Assembly (NCBI GenBank): GCA_023818895.1
Contig: JAMWCX010000002.1
Coordinates: 30,001 to 62,000 of the forward strand
From: Candidatus Omnitrophota bacterium
GTDB taxonomy: Bacteria; Omnitrophota; Gorgyraeia; 2-01-FULL-45-10
DNA length: 32,000 nucleotides
Reading direction: 5' to 3'
How positions within the stretch are numbered: the stretch's first letter is position 1; the number at the start of each line of letters is the position of its first letter. The notes beneath the pieces were generated by a model. It had not been told where the DNA came from, searched no databases, and was given only the letters and a program-made list of their open reading frames with translations. Made by a program: the position numbers and the translations under genes. Shown here in pieces: positions 14,727 to 25,498 of this stretch.

Positions 14727-16409
14727 CTACTTTATGTCCAAAAGCTCTAGCTGTATTGACTGAACGCCCTGCCAGTCATTCATGGAAGGAGTGTATGCGA
14801 GATCTACTGTGGCGCCTGTTTTAGGGATAGCCAAGCGGTCTTTTCCGAATGCTACCGCCTCGCAGGTTATCTTATTGTCTGTCACCCACATCTTGAACCC
14901 GTTCTTTCCTATCTGACGTGGCCCGTCTTTTACTATCAAATTACGCGATGAAAGCACCGGCTTGGGGTTCTCCGTCCCGAATGGCGACAGCATCTCTATT
15001 TCCTCTATAATAGACTGACTCAAAGAATGAAGCGGAATGTCCATCTCTATATCAAGTTTTTCGCAAAAGACGCTCTCATCGACATCTTTTGCGGCTTCCT
15101 CGTTTATCCTTTTCCTGAAATCTTCTATGCGATCCTTTTCTATCGTTATCCCGCACGCCGCCTCATGGCCGCCGAAACCCACCAAAAAATCCTTGCACCT
15201 CAGCAGATAGTCAAAAAGATGGAAATTCTCTATAGATCGGCCAGAACCCTTGCCAAGTTTGCCATCGAGCGATATCATTATAGTCGGCCTGTAGAAACGA
15301 TCGGCAAGGCGCGAGGCGACGATTCCAATCACGCCGGGATGCCAGTTCTCGCCCGCAAGGACTATGACGCGATGATGCTTGAAGTTGACCTCGCGCTCTA
15401 CCTTTGCGAGCGCCTCCTCGAGTATCCTTGACTCTATCTTCTGCCTGTTCCGATTCTCCGTATCCAAGGCCTTGGCAAGTTTCAGCGACTCGTTCATGTC
15501 CTCATTGAGAAGAAGCTCCAAAGCTTTCTGTGGCGAGCCAACCCTGCCCATCGCGTTTATCCTCGGTCCCAGCACAAACCCTATGTGGCCGCTGGAGATG
15601 TCCCTGCCGTTCAGTCCCGATACTTCCATAAGCGCCCTCAAGCCCACGCGGCCGCGTCTATTAAGTTCATCAAGCCCATGCTTTGTCAGTATTCTGTTCT
15701 CACCCAGAAGCGGCGCTATGTCCGCTACGGTACCGAGGCTTACCAAATCTAGATAGTCTTCCGCAAAGCTGGAGGTGCCTTCATACAGAGCCTTTACAAG
15801 TTTATAGGCAAGACCGACACCGGCAAGATGCTTGAAAGGATATTTACAATCGCTCTGGAGAGGATTTATGACTGCAAATGCCTTAGGCACACACGACTCA
15901 AATATTTCATGGTGATCCGTCACTATGACATCTATGCCGGCGGCAGCTGCTTGCTCTATCTCTTTAAAAGATGTAATGCCACAATCAACTGTTATTATTA
16001 GCGACACGCCATTCTTATGCGCCTTTTTAATCGCGGCGAGATTAAGGCCATACCCTTCTTCTATCCTGTTCGGAATGTACGTCTCGACGGAGGCGCCTAA
16101 ACCTTTAAGGGCATGATAGACAATAGTTACCGCAGTCATGCCATCAACATCGTAGTCGCCGTATATAAGGATATTTTCTTTATTTGATATGGCTTTCTTT
16201 ATCCTGGCAACGGCCTTATCCATATCTTTTAGGAGGAATGGATCGTGGCAGGCTGAGAGCGAACATGTGATAAACTTAGAGGCGGAGTCAGCGTCCCTTA
16301 GGCCGCGGTTTGCCAGAAGCTGTGCTGTTATTTTTGATACCTTAAGCGCTGAGGCCAAATTATCACGAAGGGCGGGATTCTGTTCTTTTATTCTCCAAAT
16401 CTTTCGCAT
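14727..16409 (-). CDS. recJ: single-stranded-DNA-specific exonuclease RecJ
   Basis: 560 aa with DHH-family motifs (IYGDYDVDGMT, ITVDCG, VIVTDHHE) and a DHHA1 motif (GFGGHEAACG). Confidence 0.9.
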   Translation of the reverse strand: MRKIWRIKEQNPALRDNLASALKVSKITAQLLANRGLRDADSASKFITCSLSACHDPFLLKDMDKAVARIKKAISNKENILIYGDYDVDGMTAVTIVYHALKGLGASVETYIPNRIEEGYGLNLAAIKKAHKNGVSLIITVDCGITSFKEIEQAAAAGIDVIVTDHHEIFESCVPKAFAVINPLQSDCKYPFKHLAGVGLAYKLVKALYEGTSSFAEDYLDLVSLGTVADIAPLLGENRILTKHGLDELNRRGRVGLRALMEVSGLNGRDISSGHIGFVLGPRINAMGRVGSPQKALELLLNEDMNESLKLAKALDTENRNRQKIESRILEEALAKVEREVNFKHHRVIVLAGENWHPGVIGIVASRLADRFYRPTIMISLDGKLGKGSGRSIENFHLFDYLLRCKDFLVGFGGHEAACGITIEKDRIEDFRKRINEEAAKDVDESVFCEKLDIEMDIPLHSLSQSIIEEIEMLSPFGTENPKPVLSSRNLIVKDGPRQIGKNGFKMWVTDNKITCEAVAFGKDRLAIPKTGATVDLAYTPSMNDWQGVQSIQLELLDIK

Positions 16410-16441
16410 AAAACTTAACTTTGCCTCACGCTATACGCTAT

Positions 16442-17311
16442 TTAAAACGGTTCGACGTGTATGAATACTTCCTTTGCGGAAGGTATCTTCTTTATAATAT
16501 CTGCTCTTACAACGTCTGTTATATCGTGGCCTTTCTCTACTGTCATGTCCTTATTGACGGCTATGGTCATATCGATAATCAGGTCCAGCCCCATCTTCCT
16601 GACCTTTATATCTTTTATTTTTTTGATATCCTTATTCTTGACGGCAATCTTCTTAATCCCCTCGATAGTGGAGCTCGAAGGAGCCCCATCCATCAGTTCG
16701 TCATATGCCCTATGAAAACCTTCAAAACCTGTCCTTATCACAAGAAGGGATATTATAAACGCTGCTATCGGATCCAAAAGTGGCCAACCCATCCTGGCGC
16801 CGGCTATACCGATAAGCGCGGCCGTCGACGAGAATACGTCCGCGGCTATGTTCCACGAATATACGGTCATGGCAGTCGAGGAGATCTTTCTACCCAGAAC
16901 ATTTGTATACTGGAAAAGGCCTATCTTGACCATGATAGACACGACCGCCGCGACCAGGGCAAGGACACTTGGGATATAGATGGTATGCGAGATGAATATA
17001 TGAATGGATCTTGCCGCCATTTGCACGCCGAGAACTATAAGGAAGATGGCTAAAAGCTTTGCTATTATAGACTCGGCTTTGCCATGGCCGTAGGGATGGT
17101 CCGCGTCCGCCGGCCGCTTCGCTATCTTAAATCCTACAAGCATGCCGGTTGATGTCATAGAATCACCGAGCGTATCGAGAGCGTCGGCTATCATAGCATT
17201 AGAGTTTCCGGCTATGCCGGCAAACATCTTGAATACGAAGAGCGCGCCGTTAACGGCAAGGCTTACCAGAGACCCTTTCTCGGCGCTTCTGTAACTCTGT
17301 TGGACTGACAA
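16442..17311 (-). CDS. cation diffusion facilitator (CDF) family metal efflux transporter
   Basis: 289 aa with 6 TM helices and metal-site motifs (AMIADALDTLGD; HPYGHGKAE). There is a cytoplasmic C-terminal domain. The start codon is TTG (17311-17309), 9 nt after the secDF stop. Confidence 0.85.
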   Translation of the reverse strand: MSVQQSYRSAEKGSLVSLAVNGALFVFKMFAGIAGNSNAMIADALDTLGDSMTSTGMLVGFKIAKRPADADHPYGHGKAESIIAKLLAIFLIVLGVQMAARSIHIFISHTIYIPSVLALVAAVVSIMVKIGLFQYTNVLGRKISSTAMTVYSWNIAADVFSSTAALIGIAGARMGWPLLDPIAAFIISLLVIRTGFEGFHRAYDELMDGAPSSSTIEGIKKIAVKNKDIKKIKDIKVRKMGLDLIIDMTIAVNKDMTVEKGHDITDVVRADIIKKIPSAKEVFIHVEPF

Positions 17312-17320
17312 AACCTATTC

Positions 17321-19549
17321 CTATTTTTTATGCGTCACTTTTTTGTGCCACGAAAGTATAAGGGGGCTTGCGATATATACGGTCGAATATACTCCCGATA
17401 CGAATCCTACACAAAGGCAGAACGCGAAATTATTCAATACCTCGCCGCCGAATAGAAGCAGCGCCACGACGACAAGCATCGTCACGCCGGTTGTAAGCAA
17501 CGTCCTGCCAAGCGTCTGATTAAGACTGAGGTTTACCACATCGGCAAGGGAGCCCTTCTTAACAGCTCTCAGGTTTTCGCGTATCCTATCATATATAACT
17601 ATGGTGTCGTTTATCGAATAACCGGCGATAGTCAGGAGCGCCGCGACAATGGTCAGGTCAAACTGCCTTCCTGTGATGGCCATCGCGCCCACCGCTATGA
17701 ACACGTCGTGAAAAAGCGCCACGACACCTGCGATCGCGTACTTAAGGTTGAACCTGAACATTATATACACCAGGATACCGATAAGGCCAAGAACGAGACT
17801 TATCGTAGCGTTATAGCGAAGGTTCTTGCCCACAGCGGGCCCAACGGTCTCCACCTTGAGAACCTCAAAAGGATTGTCTTTAAGAGCTTCCTTGAAAGCC
17901 GCGCCTATCTTCCTGGAAGCGTCTTCCTGCGTTCTGATTATCACCTCTTTCGGGTTACCGTATTGCTGTATAGAAGCTCCGCCCATGCCTATATCTTTAA
18001 GGGCAGCGCGTATTTGATCCACCTTGATGTCTTTTTCGAACATATATTGCTGCAATGTGCCGCCTGAAAAATCTACGCCGTAATTGCGCTCGCCGCGCAC
18101 GGCAAATACAGCAAGGCCCGCCGCTATTATCATGGCAGATATGGCGTAACAGATCCTCCTTTTTCCTATGAAATCTATATTGGTCTGTGGTATCAACTGC
18201 ATGAATTTCAGTTTCGCAAGGTCAAATTGTTCCGATAACAGTTCGAATATAACGCGCGTGCACCACACCGCTGTAAAAAGGTTCGCCACCAGACCTATTG
18301 TAAGAGTCACGGCAAAACCCCTTATAGGGCCGCTGCCGAATTTGAATATCAGAGCCGCCGCAACTATGGTAGTAACGTTAGAATCAAGTATCGCGGAAAA
18401 CGCCCTGTGGTAACCTGACGCTATAGCTGCGCGTAATGACTTGCCGAGGCTCAGCTCCTCACGTATTCTTTCATATATCAGGACGTTGGCGTCTACGGAC
18501 ATGCCTATAGTAAGGATCAAGCCCGCGATGCCGGGTAAGGTCAGTGTACCTTTAAAAAGCACCAAGCACGCAAGGATTAGAAGAAGGTTAAGTATGAGCG
18601 CGATGTTGGCGACGATACCCGCCAGCCGGTAGTAAAAGACCATAAAACCAAATACCAGGAGCGCTCCTATAAGAGTCGCACGCAGGCCGCTCCGGATCGA
18701 ATCCGCTCCGAGAAGTGGTCCAACGGTCCTTTCCTCTTCAACAACAACAGGAGCAGGCAACGCGCCAGCACGCAGTATCACCGATAGATCGTTGGCCTCG
18801 TTTACGGAAAAGTTGCCGGTTATCTGGGCTTGCCCCGAAGGTATTGCCTCTCGTATGACAGGCGCTGAGACCACCTTGCCGTCAAGCACTATCGCAAGAC
18901 GCCTTCCGACATTGGCGGCTGTAACGTTTCCGAATATCTCGGCGCCTTTAGAATTAAGGGTAAGAGAAACATAGGGTTCGCCAAAGCCGCGCGCGCTAAA
19001 TTCCGTTTTGGCGTTGACCAGAAGGTCGCCTGTAAGGCTGGCTCGGCTTTCCACAAGAAGCGGTTCGCGGCCACCCCGTTCGTTGTCGAGGTATTTAACC
19101 TCGTAGCCTTCCACGGGCTCGTTGTTGAGTGCTTTCTTGAGGTCTTCGACGTTATCTGAAACAAGTTTAAACTCCAGGTGCGCGGTCTTGCCAATTATGT
19201 CAAGCGCCCTTTCTCTATCGGTAATTCCAGGAAGCTGGACTATTATATTATCCCTGCCCTGCCGCTGTATGGACATCTCGCCCACGCCGAACTGGTCTAT
19301 CCTGTTACGTATGACCTCCATCGCTCGCTCAACTGCATCCTTCCTGGCCTCAATCGCGAGCTTCGATGTATCGACCCTGAGCACAACATGCATGCCACCT
19401 TGTAGGTCAAGACCAAGGTTGATCTTGCCCTTCTGCGCTACGGTGCCGTCCTTATCTTTTACCGCAAAAGGTGGATATATAATCCAGACGCAGACGGCGG
19501 TCAGCGCTATGATCGCCAGCACTTTCCATTGAAGAGACTTGTTCATCAT
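17321..19549 (-). CDS. secDF: protein translocase subunit SecDF (single fused polypeptide)
   Basis: 742 aa. The SecD-type N-terminus and periplasmic domain (INLGLDLQGGMHVVL) and the 12-TM SecD+SecF halves lie in one ORF. GGGAGG RBS. Confidence 0.9.
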   Translation of the reverse strand: MMNKSLQWKVLAIIALTAVCVWIIYPPFAVKDKDGTVAQKGKINLGLDLQGGMHVVLRVDTSKLAIEARKDAVERAMEVIRNRIDQFGVGEMSIQRQGRDNIIVQLPGITDRERALDIIGKTAHLEFKLVSDNVEDLKKALNNEPVEGYEVKYLDNERGGREPLLVESRASLTGDLLVNAKTEFSARGFGEPYVSLTLNSKGAEIFGNVTAANVGRRLAIVLDGKVVSAPVIREAIPSGQAQITGNFSVNEANDLSVILRAGALPAPVVVEEERTVGPLLGADSIRSGLRATLIGALLVFGFMVFYYRLAGIVANIALILNLLLILACLVLFKGTLTLPGIAGLILTIGMSVDANVLIYERIREELSLGKSLRAAIASGYHRAFSAILDSNVTTIVAAALIFKFGSGPIRGFAVTLTIGLVANLFTAVWCTRVIFELLSEQFDLAKLKFMQLIPQTNIDFIGKRRICYAISAMIIAAGLAVFAVRGERNYGVDFSGGTLQQYMFEKDIKVDQIRAALKDIGMGGASIQQYGNPKEVIIRTQEDASRKIGAAFKEALKDNPFEVLKVETVGPAVGKNLRYNATISLVLGLIGILVYIMFRFNLKYAIAGVVALFHDVFIAVGAMAITGRQFDLTIVAALLTIAGYSINDTIVIYDRIRENLRAVKKGSLADVVNLSLNQTLGRTLLTTGVTMLVVVALLLFGGEVLNNFAFCLCVGFVSGVYSTVYIASPLILSWHKKVTHKK

Positions 19550-19574
19550 TCCTCCCTTGAAATCGCTATCCTTG

Positions 19575-19856
19575 TTACTCTGAGGCCTTTCGCTTTATCG
19601 AACTGATACTCGATTTCTGAACCTCTATTTTCACATTATCATCCACTTTGAGCGTGACTGTCGTATCTTTTACATTCGCTATGGTGCCGTGTATTCCGCC
19701 GGCCGTAATTACCTCATCATTTTTTTTCAAGGCAGCAATCATCTTCTTGTGCTCGTCCTGAGCTTTTTTCTGGGGCCTTATAAGAAGGAAATAGAAGACA
19801 ATAAATATGAGAATGATCGGCAAAAAACTAAATATAGGATTTGCGCTCTGTCCCAT
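19575..19856 (-). CDS. yajC: preprotein translocase subunit YajC
   Basis: 93 aa with a single TM followed by the family signature (FYFLLIRPQKKAQDEHKKM...GGIHGTI). It holds the conserved position between tgt and secDF. Confidence 0.85.
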   Translation of the reverse strand: MGQSANPIFSFLPIILIFIVFYFLLIRPQKKAQDEHKKMIAALKKNDEVITAGGIHGTIANVKDTTVTLKVDDNVKIEVQKSSISSIKRKASE

Positions 19857-20986
19857 TAGCCACTCCTTTTATTGTAATTAGCCATAATCGATTTCCTAAA
19901 GGCATTGAAACGACCTCCCCGTATCGCCTCGCGCGATAATTCTATAAGTCTAACATAAAAACGGACATTATGCAATGATACAAGCTTAAGCCCCAGAAGT
20001 TCCTCAGCGTTGAAAAGGTGCCTTATGTAGGCCCGCGTATGTGTCCTGCATGCAAAACAATCACAGCCCTCCTCTATTGGCCGAAAGTCTCCCTTGAACT
20101 CGGCGTTCCGAAGTTGCAGCTCTCCCTGCGATGTAAACGCCTGGCCGTTGCGGCCGTTTCGGGTCGGTACGACGCAGTCGAACATATCACAGCCATCGGC
20201 TATGGCCTCCAAAACATCAGGCGGGGTCCCGACACCCATCAGGTACCTTGGCTTGTTTTCAGGAAGAAGGGACGCCGTATATTGGGCTATCTCATATATA
20301 AGATCCTGCGGCTCGCCTACGGAAACGCCGCCGATCGCATAGCCGTCAAATCCGATTGACAAGAGCTCTTCGACGGCTTTTTTACGCAGGTCGAGATATG
20401 TGGACCCCTGCACAATACCGAACAGAAGCTGCCGCCTACCGCTGTCCTCAGATTGCTGGTCAAAATAGATCTTGGAACGCCTGGCCCATTTCGTGGTTAA
20501 TTCCACTGATTGTTCCACATAATCGCGCGCGGCCGGATAATGCACACACTCGTCAAATGTCATCATTATATCGCTTCCTAGTATCTTTTGTATATCTATG
20601 ACCTTCTCGGGAGTAAGCAGATGCTTTGATCCATCTATGTGGGACGAGAACTCGGCGCCGTTTTCGCTTAGCTTCCGCAGCTTCGCAAGACTGAAGACCT
20701 GGTATCCACCGCTGTCTGTAAGTATCGGATGGTCCCATCCCATGAACTTATGTAAGCCGCCTGCCTGACGAATTATATCAAGCCCTGGTCTGAGGTAAAG
20801 ATGATAGGCATTGCCGAGTATTATCTCCACGCCGCTGGTTTTCAGCTCATCACCGGAAAGCGTCTTGACGGTGCCTTGGGTGCCAACGGGCATGAAAATC
20901 GGCGTATTGACCTCCCCGTGAGGGGTTGTCAACACCCCTAGACGCGCCCTGGAATCTTTATCTTGATACAACAACCTGAAACTCAT
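19856..20986 (-). CDS. tgt: tRNA-guanine transglycosylase (queuine tRNA-ribosyltransferase)
   Basis: 376 aa with FMPVGTQGTVK and the TDSGGYQVFSL catalytic region, plus a zinc site (CDCFACRTHTRAYIRHL). Confidence 0.95.
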   Translation of the reverse strand: MSFRLLYQDKDSRARLGVLTTPHGEVNTPIFMPVGTQGTVKTLSGDELKTSGVEIILGNAYHLYLRPGLDIIRQAGGLHKFMGWDHPILTDSGGYQVFSLAKLRKLSENGAEFSSHIDGSKHLLTPEKVIDIQKILGSDIMMTFDECVHYPAARDYVEQSVELTTKWARRSKIYFDQQSEDSGRRQLLFGIVQGSTYLDLRKKAVEELLSIGFDGYAIGGVSVGEPQDLIYEIAQYTASLLPENKPRYLMGVGTPPDVLEAIADGCDMFDCVVPTRNGRNGQAFTSQGELQLRNAEFKGDFRPIEEGCDCFACRTHTRAYIRHLFNAEELLGLKLVSLHNVRFYVRLIELSREAIRGGRFNAFRKSIMANYNKRSG

Positions 20987-22014
20987 AGTATAAGCATCGC
21001 GTCACCATAGCTGAAGAAACGATAACCTGCTTCGATAGCCTGGCGATACGCGCCTTTTATGAAATCGTGGCCTGCGAATGCCGAAACAAGAATTAAAAGC
21101 GTGGATTTCGGCAAATGGAAATTAGTTATGAGGCAGTCAACCATTTTGAATCTATAACCCGGATATATGAATAAGTCTGTATATCCACTACGCGATGCTG
21201 ATCTGTTCGGTTCAAAGGAATTACGAATATGAGAAGCACAATGTTCGAGGACACGCGTGGTCGTAGTCCCGACCGCAAAGAGCCGGCCGCCAGCGCCTTT
21301 GGAGTGAATAATGGCCTTTTCTGTCTCTGAAGGCAGTTCGAAATACTCATGATGCATCGCGTGATTTTCAACATTGTCGGCCTTAACTGGCGCGAACGTT
21401 CCATAGTTGGTGTGAAGAGTAACATAAGCGACACGCACGCCCTTGGCTTTTATCCTATCCAGAAGTTCATTTGTAAAATGCAATCCTGCCGTAGGACTGG
21501 CGGTAGCGCCTTCTTTTGACGCGTAAACGGTTTGGTAATTCTCTTTATCCGCGTCGTCGTCTTCCCTGTCAATATAAGGCGGCAGGGGGACATGGCCGAC
21601 ATCCGCTATGATGTCACTTATACTTCGCGGAAATTTCACAAATCGGCCAACAGCGGCACGACCCAGTACCTCTACCTTGTCACCGGACTCGAGTATTATC
21701 TCCTCCCCTTCCTTAAGCCGCGCCGAAGGCCTCAATAACGCTTCACCCATGGTATCCTTAATCTCAATAAGAAATAGCTCTACCTTCCCGCCGGTTTTTC
21801 GCCTGCCGAAAAGGCGCGCAGGGATAACCTTGGTGTCGTTAAGCACAAGGCAGTCGCCTTCGCTGAAATAGCCCGCGATATCTTCAAACTTCTTATGCTC
21901 AACTTGGTGTGTCTTACGGTTAAGCACCATGAGCCGGCATTTATCACGCTCCTTAATAGGATATTGCGCGATTAGATCTTTCGGAAGTTTATAATCAAAG
22001 TCTTCTAGTTTCAC
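20983..22014 (-). CDS. queA: S-adenosylmethionine:tRNA ribosyltransferase-isomerase
   Basis: 343 aa with the N-terminus MKLEDFDYKLPKDLIAQYP. It also carries GHVPLPPYI and TLHTNYGTFAPV motifs. GTG start at 22014, and its stop overlaps the tgt start (ATGA). Confidence 0.95.
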   Translation of the reverse strand: MKLEDFDYKLPKDLIAQYPIKERDKCRLMVLNRKTHQVEHKKFEDIAGYFSEGDCLVLNDTKVIPARLFGRRKTGGKVELFLIEIKDTMGEALLRPSARLKEGEEIILESGDKVEVLGRAAVGRFVKFPRSISDIIADVGHVPLPPYIDREDDDADKENYQTVYASKEGATASPTAGLHFTNELLDRIKAKGVRVAYVTLHTNYGTFAPVKADNVENHAMHHEYFELPSETEKAIIHSKGAGGRLFAVGTTTTRVLEHCASHIRNSFEPNRSASRSGYTDLFIYPGYRFKMVDCLITNFHLPKSTLLILVSAFAGHDFIKGAYRQAIEAGYRFFSYGDAMLIL

Positions 22015-22089
22015 GCTTACCTAAAATTTCATCGGTCCAATAACAACTTTTCGCCCGCCACGTTAGACGCTACTTACGCACAGCGATAA

Positions 22090-23190
22090 TTAAAAAGTTG
22101 ACCGCCTCATACCTACATTGAGCAAAAGCCCCACCGCGACCAGTGTTGTAAGAAGGCTCGATCCGCCGTAGCTGACCAAGGGCAGAGGTATTCCCACAAC
22201 GGGCATTAGGCCGATGGTCATACTGATATTGACTATCACCTGCGTACTTAACAGCACGGCGATACCTGTCGCGATACACCGCCCGTACCTATCACTCGTC
22301 TGGCTCGCGATACTAAAAGCCCTTTGTATTATCATGAAATACAAAAGAAGCAGTGCGATAGACCCAAAAAAACCCCATTCCTCTCCTATAACCGAGAATA
22401 TGAAATCGGTATGCCGCTCTGGAGTAAAGTTGAGCTGGTTCTGCGTGCCGTTAAGCCATCCTTTGCCCAAAAGGCCTCCCGAGCCAATGGCTATTTTGGA
22501 TTGTATTATCGTATAACCAGCGCCGAGGGGGTCGATATTCGGGTTTAAAAAAACCATAAGCCTCTGCTTCTGATAACCCCGCAAACAATGCCAGAAAAAA
22601 GGCGCGCACAAAATGCCTATAGCGGTCATCCACCCAAGATGCTTGAGCCTCGCGCCCCCTATAAGTAGTATTGAGAAAAATATCGGAAGTAGAGTGAGGG
22701 CGGTGCCCAAGTCAGGTTGTGCAAGAACAAGCACAAAAGGTATTGCCATGATAACGCAGGGCATTATGAGACTGGCGAGACTTTGCATCGTGTCTTTTCT
22801 CTGACCGATATAGGCCGATAGCGCTAATATAAGGCTTAGTTTCATGAACTCCGACGGCTGAAAAGCAAAATTCCCTATAGCAAACCATCTCTGCGCCCCA
22901 AGTCTTACATGCCCAAGGACAAGCACAAGAACAAGAAGCGATACGTTAATACCATACAAGATATAAGAGGCGTCTATAAACTTCTGATAAGAGATCCGAA
23001 CCGACGAAAAAAGGAATATCGTCCCTATGGCAAACCATATGGCCTGTCTGAATACATAGCTTTCGCGAAAAGAAAGAGCCCTGGCCTGAGTGGCGCTGTA
23101 TATGGCAAGCATCCCTATGATGAATATAGCTATTGTCATGCCAAGAAGTATAGCGTCTAAATTTCTTTTCTTCTTATTGTCGATGATCAT
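22090..23190 (-). CDS. rodA: rod shape-determining protein RodA (SEDS glycosyltransferase)
   Basis: 366 aa, polytopic, with FtsW/RodA/SpoVE motifs (QPSEFMKL, TDFIFSVIGEEWGFFG, PLPLVSYGGSS). It lies directly downstream of PBP2. Confidence 0.9.
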   Translation of the reverse strand: MIIDNKKKRNLDAILLGMTIAIFIIGMLAIYSATQARALSFRESYVFRQAIWFAIGTIFLFSSVRISYQKFIDASYILYGINVSLLVLVLVLGHVRLGAQRWFAIGNFAFQPSEFMKLSLILALSAYIGQRKDTMQSLASLIMPCVIMAIPFVLVLAQPDLGTALTLLPIFFSILLIGGARLKHLGWMTAIGILCAPFFWHCLRGYQKQRLMVFLNPNIDPLGAGYTIIQSKIAIGSGGLLGKGWLNGTQNQLNFTPERHTDFIFSVIGEEWGFFGSIALLLLYFMIIQRAFSIASQTSDRYGRCIATGIAVLLSTQVIVNISMTIGLMPVVGIPLPLVSYGGSSLLTTLVAVGLLLNVGMRRSTF

Positions 23191-23216
23191 TCCATTGAGA
23201 ATCGGTTAATACCAAG

Positions 23217-24938
23217 CTATAGATATCCCAGCCGTTTTGCCTCCTCGAAGAAGCCCTGCCCTATTTGGGCCGGTTCCACGCCGCCTTTGCCACCGTGTTC
23301 CAGTAAGACAACAAGGCATATCTTAGCTCGTTCAAACGGCGCAAAACCGCAAAACCACGCGTGAGTGCGGCCTTGTGGGTTCTGGGCGGTGCCCGTCTTC
23401 CCCGCTACAGCGACTCCCTTTACCTTAGCCCTCTTACCAGTTCCCGCATCATTATTCACAACCTCAAAAAGCCCTTCGCGCACAATCTTAATGACATTAC
23501 CATCAAGCCCTACGGGCCTACTCTTCACTAAAGGCATCTCTTCCCCTCCTACCCGCCTGACAATATGGGGCCTGACGAGATTGCCGTTATTTGCCACAAC
23601 AGCTATCATATTCAACACCTGTATAGGTGTAACCAGAAGATAACCCTGTCCGATAGAATAATTTAGCGTGTCGCCTTCATACCAAGGAATTTTCCTATGA
23701 GCGCGCTTCCAGGCCCTACCTGGGACCAGACCCCTGACCTCATCCGGTAAGTCTATACCAGTAAGAGCGCCAAAACCAAACCGCTGGGCGTAGGATTCTA
23801 TGCTATCCGGCCCAACGATCCTGCCCGTATTATAGAAGAATATATTGCATGAGTTCATAAGGGCCCTTATGACATCCTGCCAGCCGTGACCCTCGGCCTT
23901 CCAACAATCAAATGAGGCTCGTCCCAGATTATAGGTTCCGGAGCAGAAGAAACTGGAATGCGCATCTATCTTTTTAGTATCAAGCGCGGCAGACGCGACT
24001 ACCACCTTGAAGACAGAACCCGGCGGATATATTCCGGATATCGCCTTATTGGACATAGGACGACCCTTCTTATCGTTAAGAAGCTGCAGTCTTTCGCGGG
24101 ACGTTCCCGGCCGCACGAAAATATTAGGATCGAACGAGGGATGGCTGGCAATAGCAAGAATCTCGCCGTTGGAGGGGTCCATGGCTATGATGGCGCCCTT
24201 ACGGTCACCTAGAAGCTTATCCGCGGCAACCTGTAGCGAAGCGTCAATGGTAATCTGCAGGTCCTTACCTGCCTCCGGCTCCTTTACGCCCAAAACGCGG
24301 GTTTGCCGGCCGCGGCTGTCGACCTCGATCTGAGTGCCGCCATCCACGCCCTTCAGTTCTCTCTCGTAGTATTTTTCCAGGCCTCCCCTCCCAACAAGAT
24401 CCGTTATGCGGTACCCTTCGTCTTTCAGCCGCTCAAGTTCCTCTTCCGTTATCGCACTGAGGTATCCGAATAAATGGCTGCCGAACATTCCCAATATATA
24501 ATCACGCTTAGATCTGGTCTCGATATGAAGGCCGCTGACCTCGCAACTTGCCTCCTCAAGCACAAAAGCCTTTTCTTTCGGTATATCCTCCGCTATCGTC
24601 ACCCCCGCGTAAGGCCTCGCGCCAGCCTTCTCCAAAGACTCCACTATCTTCTCGGATGGCATCCCCAGAATGTCTCGCAAGATACCTGCGAGCTTGCGAC
24701 GATCGTTTATCTCCTGATAAACCAGCTTTACATCAAACGACATCCGATTCGTAACAAGCGCCTTACCTGTTCTGTCAAATATGCTACCGCGCGGCCCGTC
24801 TATAGGAACTATCCTAATAGAGTTGTTGCGCGAAAGTTTGAAATAGTAGCCGTGTTTCAGAATCTGATTATAAAAAAGCCCTATGCCGACGAGTATGAAG
24901 AGGGCTGATACGACTGCTATTAACGCTCTATCCCTCAT
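23217..24938 (-). CDS. mrdA: penicillin-binding protein 2 (elongasome transpeptidase)
   Basis: 573 aa with an N-terminal TM anchor and transpeptidase motifs SxxK (GSVFK), SxN (NSCN) and KTGT (AGKTGTAQ). Confidence 0.9.
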   Translation of the reverse strand: MRDRALIAVVSALFILVGIGLFYNQILKHGYYFKLSRNNSIRIVPIDGPRGSIFDRTGKALVTNRMSFDVKLVYQEINDRRKLAGILRDILGMPSEKIVESLEKAGARPYAGVTIAEDIPKEKAFVLEEASCEVSGLHIETRSKRDYILGMFGSHLFGYLSAITEEELERLKDEGYRITDLVGRGGLEKYYERELKGVDGGTQIEVDSRGRQTRVLGVKEPEAGKDLQITIDASLQVAADKLLGDRKGAIIAMDPSNGEILAIASHPSFDPNIFVRPGTSRERLQLLNDKKGRPMSNKAISGIYPPGSVFKVVVASAALDTKKIDAHSSFFCSGTYNLGRASFDCWKAEGHGWQDVIRALMNSCNIFFYNTGRIVGPDSIESYAQRFGFGALTGIDLPDEVRGLVPGRAWKRAHRKIPWYEGDTLNYSIGQGYLLVTPIQVLNMIAVVANNGNLVRPHIVRRVGGEEMPLVKSRPVGLDGNVIKIVREGLFEVVNNDAGTGKRAKVKGVAVAGKTGTAQNPQGRTHAWFCGFAPFERAKICLVVLLEHGGKGGVEPAQIGQGFFEEAKRLGYL

Positions 24939-24985
24939 CCGCTACAAATCTCCCAATCCCACCGCATCAAGATTTATGGCTAAAA

Positions 24986-25498
24986 TCATAGGTACTCTTG
25001 GTCGTCACTTAAGCCATACATGCCGATAAACTTCAAAAAAATTGGCACCGATACGAAAGAAGTGTACAGGCTCACAGGAAGTATAGAATGAGCAAAATAT
25101 TCCGCAAAAGTCAGGCTCAAAGACTTGGAGAAAGCCGATACCAAAACAAAATAAAGCGACATTGCGCAGATACCAAGCAACAGAACAAGTGCAAATCGGC
25201 TTCTCTTCGACTCTCTTGAAAACTTAGTGCTTAAGGAACCGGCAAAAAATCCCGCCAAGGCCAAGACAAACGTATTTATACCGAAATAATTAAGCGAGAA
25301 TATGTCCTCAAGGAGACCGGCAAATAGTCCTGCCTCGCTGCCAGCGGCCGGCCCAAGAAACAATCCAAAGAACGCAACACAGATTAGAACGATGTCCGGC
25401 TTAACTCCGGCTATCCTCGCATGGTCCAGTATCGTCAGGTGTATAAAAACTGCCGCCAGCAGAACAAAGTAGATCTTGGCCCTTCCTATCTTATACAA
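24986..25498 (-). CDS. mreD: rod shape-determining protein MreD
   Basis: 170 aa, a very hydrophobic 5-TM protein in the canonical slot after mreC. TTG start at 25498 overlaps the mreC stop by 13 nt. The call rests mainly on position and topology. Confidence 0.7.
   Translation of the reverse strand: MYKIGRAKIYFVLLAAVFIHLTILDHARIAGVKPDIVLICVAFFGLFLGPAAGSEAGLFAGLLEDIFSLNYFGINTFVLALAGFFAGSLSTKFSRESKRSRFALVLLLGICAMSLYFVLVSAFSKSLSLTFAEYFAHSILPVSLYTSFVSVPIFLKFIGMYGLSDDQEYL

Noticed and set aside
16421-17053. 210-aa plus-strand ORF
   Set aside because: It is antisense to the CDF transporter gene. It has no motifs and a Y/H/R/C-rich composition unlike real proteins in this window.
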